NCBI GenBank assembly: GCA_012295275.1
Contig: CM022679.1
Coordinates: 4,960,001 to 5,024,000, forward strand
Origin: Chrysomallon squamiferum
Lineage: Eukaryota > Animalia > Mollusca
DNA: 64,000 nucleotides
Direction: 5' to 3'
The notes under the pieces: model-generated
What the model was told of the DNA's origin: nothing
Seen by the model: the letters and a program-made list of their open reading frames with translations, nothing else
Databases searched by the model: none
Position numbers and translations under genes: made by a program
In this document: positions 62,835 through 64,000 of the stretch, piece after piece
How positions within the stretch are numbered: the first letter of the stretch is position 1
Layout: every line of letters starts with the position of its first letter

Positions 62835-64000
62835 CTAACCATTTATTTTGTTCATATTAAAAGCACATTAGTCAAATAACATAACAAGGCATGAAAGCTG
62901 ATGTATATATATTGTTTTATCAGGGGTGTCATATGCTAATAAAAATGTACCAAAAAAAACCCACATAAAAAAAAAAAAAAAAAAAAAGAACTCCAGAATA
63001 CTGATACTGTAAATTATAGCTAAGAATTATTTGACACTAACTAAATTCAAGGGAGTTTATTCCCTGTGATAAAATAATGCAGACCAGTTTTTGAGGCCAG
63101 CCCAAAATATTGTTAAAATATACAAGTGCAGTTATATGATCATGAAAATTTACACAAGTTTAATTATTCCTTATCTACAGTCATCTATGACATATCATAA
63201 ATTGTTAGGAAAATATTTAGAAGCATTGTGATATATACAATTTAAATACATCTGTACATAAATATACAGGCAATGCTTTACATATTTACAAAGTTTTTCA
63301 AATGAAAAATTCATTATATTTATAAGTTATTATGTTGTTATTATCTGACTAACCTAGAATCATTCATAACAAAGCAAGATAATAAAATAATGGTGTGATA
63401 AAAGATCTGAATTCTGCAGTTTTACTGTTTTACCTCATTATAACTGGAGTTGTGATGTCATTGTTTATGTGGTAGACTGAAACCTGTATTTGTCTTGCCC
63501 TTGTACTATGGACTGATACCAGTACACAACTGAAAATTGGCTGCATGCAGAAATTATAAAATACATTTTTTTTTTTTTGCTATAGCTTGTTGTTAATTAA
63601 AATTGGATACAAAATACAATGAAAAAAATCTGAAATTAAAACCCTATCCAAAAACAGCCTAATCTAGAAGCAAGCAGAATATATTTAGACTCTTTGTTCA
63701 TATCTCCAAACATATATGTTGATCAAAACTCCATTACACTTTAACCTGTTCTCTCTAATTCTGACCACATTTACTCCTCCACAAAACAGTGCAGCACCAG
63801 TACAGGCACTGCAATGGTTTTGTGCAACATCAAAACAATCAGACTGTCTCTCTTTCGTAGATTAAATGTTTAGCTGACATTAATATCAAACAACCATTTA
63901 TGAATTGTCCAGTGATGATATTTCAATTTTTTTTTTGTATTTGGCTGCATGGTAAATATTCACAATACAACATGAGCTTTAAAACCGTATTAAACTACTG

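Noticed and set aside
59806-64000. Short ORFs downstream of MICU1
   Set aside because: No recognisable protein similarity or exon structure; consistent with 3' UTR or intergenic DNA. No tRNA or rRNA gene was recognised anywhere in the window.

Overview
AT-rich, microsatellite-dense, intron-containing animal genomic DNA, probably a mollusc or other lophotrochozoan (inferred mainly from the protamine-like gene). Eight protein-coding genes can be reconstructed by hand: the 5' part of CLCN7 (-, running off the left edge), an intronless H1-related sperm protamine-like (PL) gene (+), CLUAP1/IFT38 (+), cytosolic-type SHMT (+), MRPL12 (-) head-to-head with an intronless TMA16 (+), PCNA (-) and MICU1 (+). 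Most notable: (1) the solitary PL gene joins an RS-rich head, an H1 winged helix and a His/Arg protamine-like tail, yet keeps an H1 box, TATA and a histone 3' stem-loop; (2) several in-frame candidate microexons lie in the 9.5-kb MICU1 intron, at the position of the vertebrate MICU1.1 microexon; (3) a 1-nt insertion frameshifts the first coding exon of SHMT; (4) CLCN7 has a U12-type intron and MICU1 a GC-AG intron; (5) a consensus RFX X-box sits deep in a CLUAP1 intron. There is also a Tc1/mariner MITE, a ~660-bp tandem duplication and a minisatellite. Most ORFs in the supplied track are microsatellite artefacts. Exon coordinates were read by eye and may be off by a few bases.
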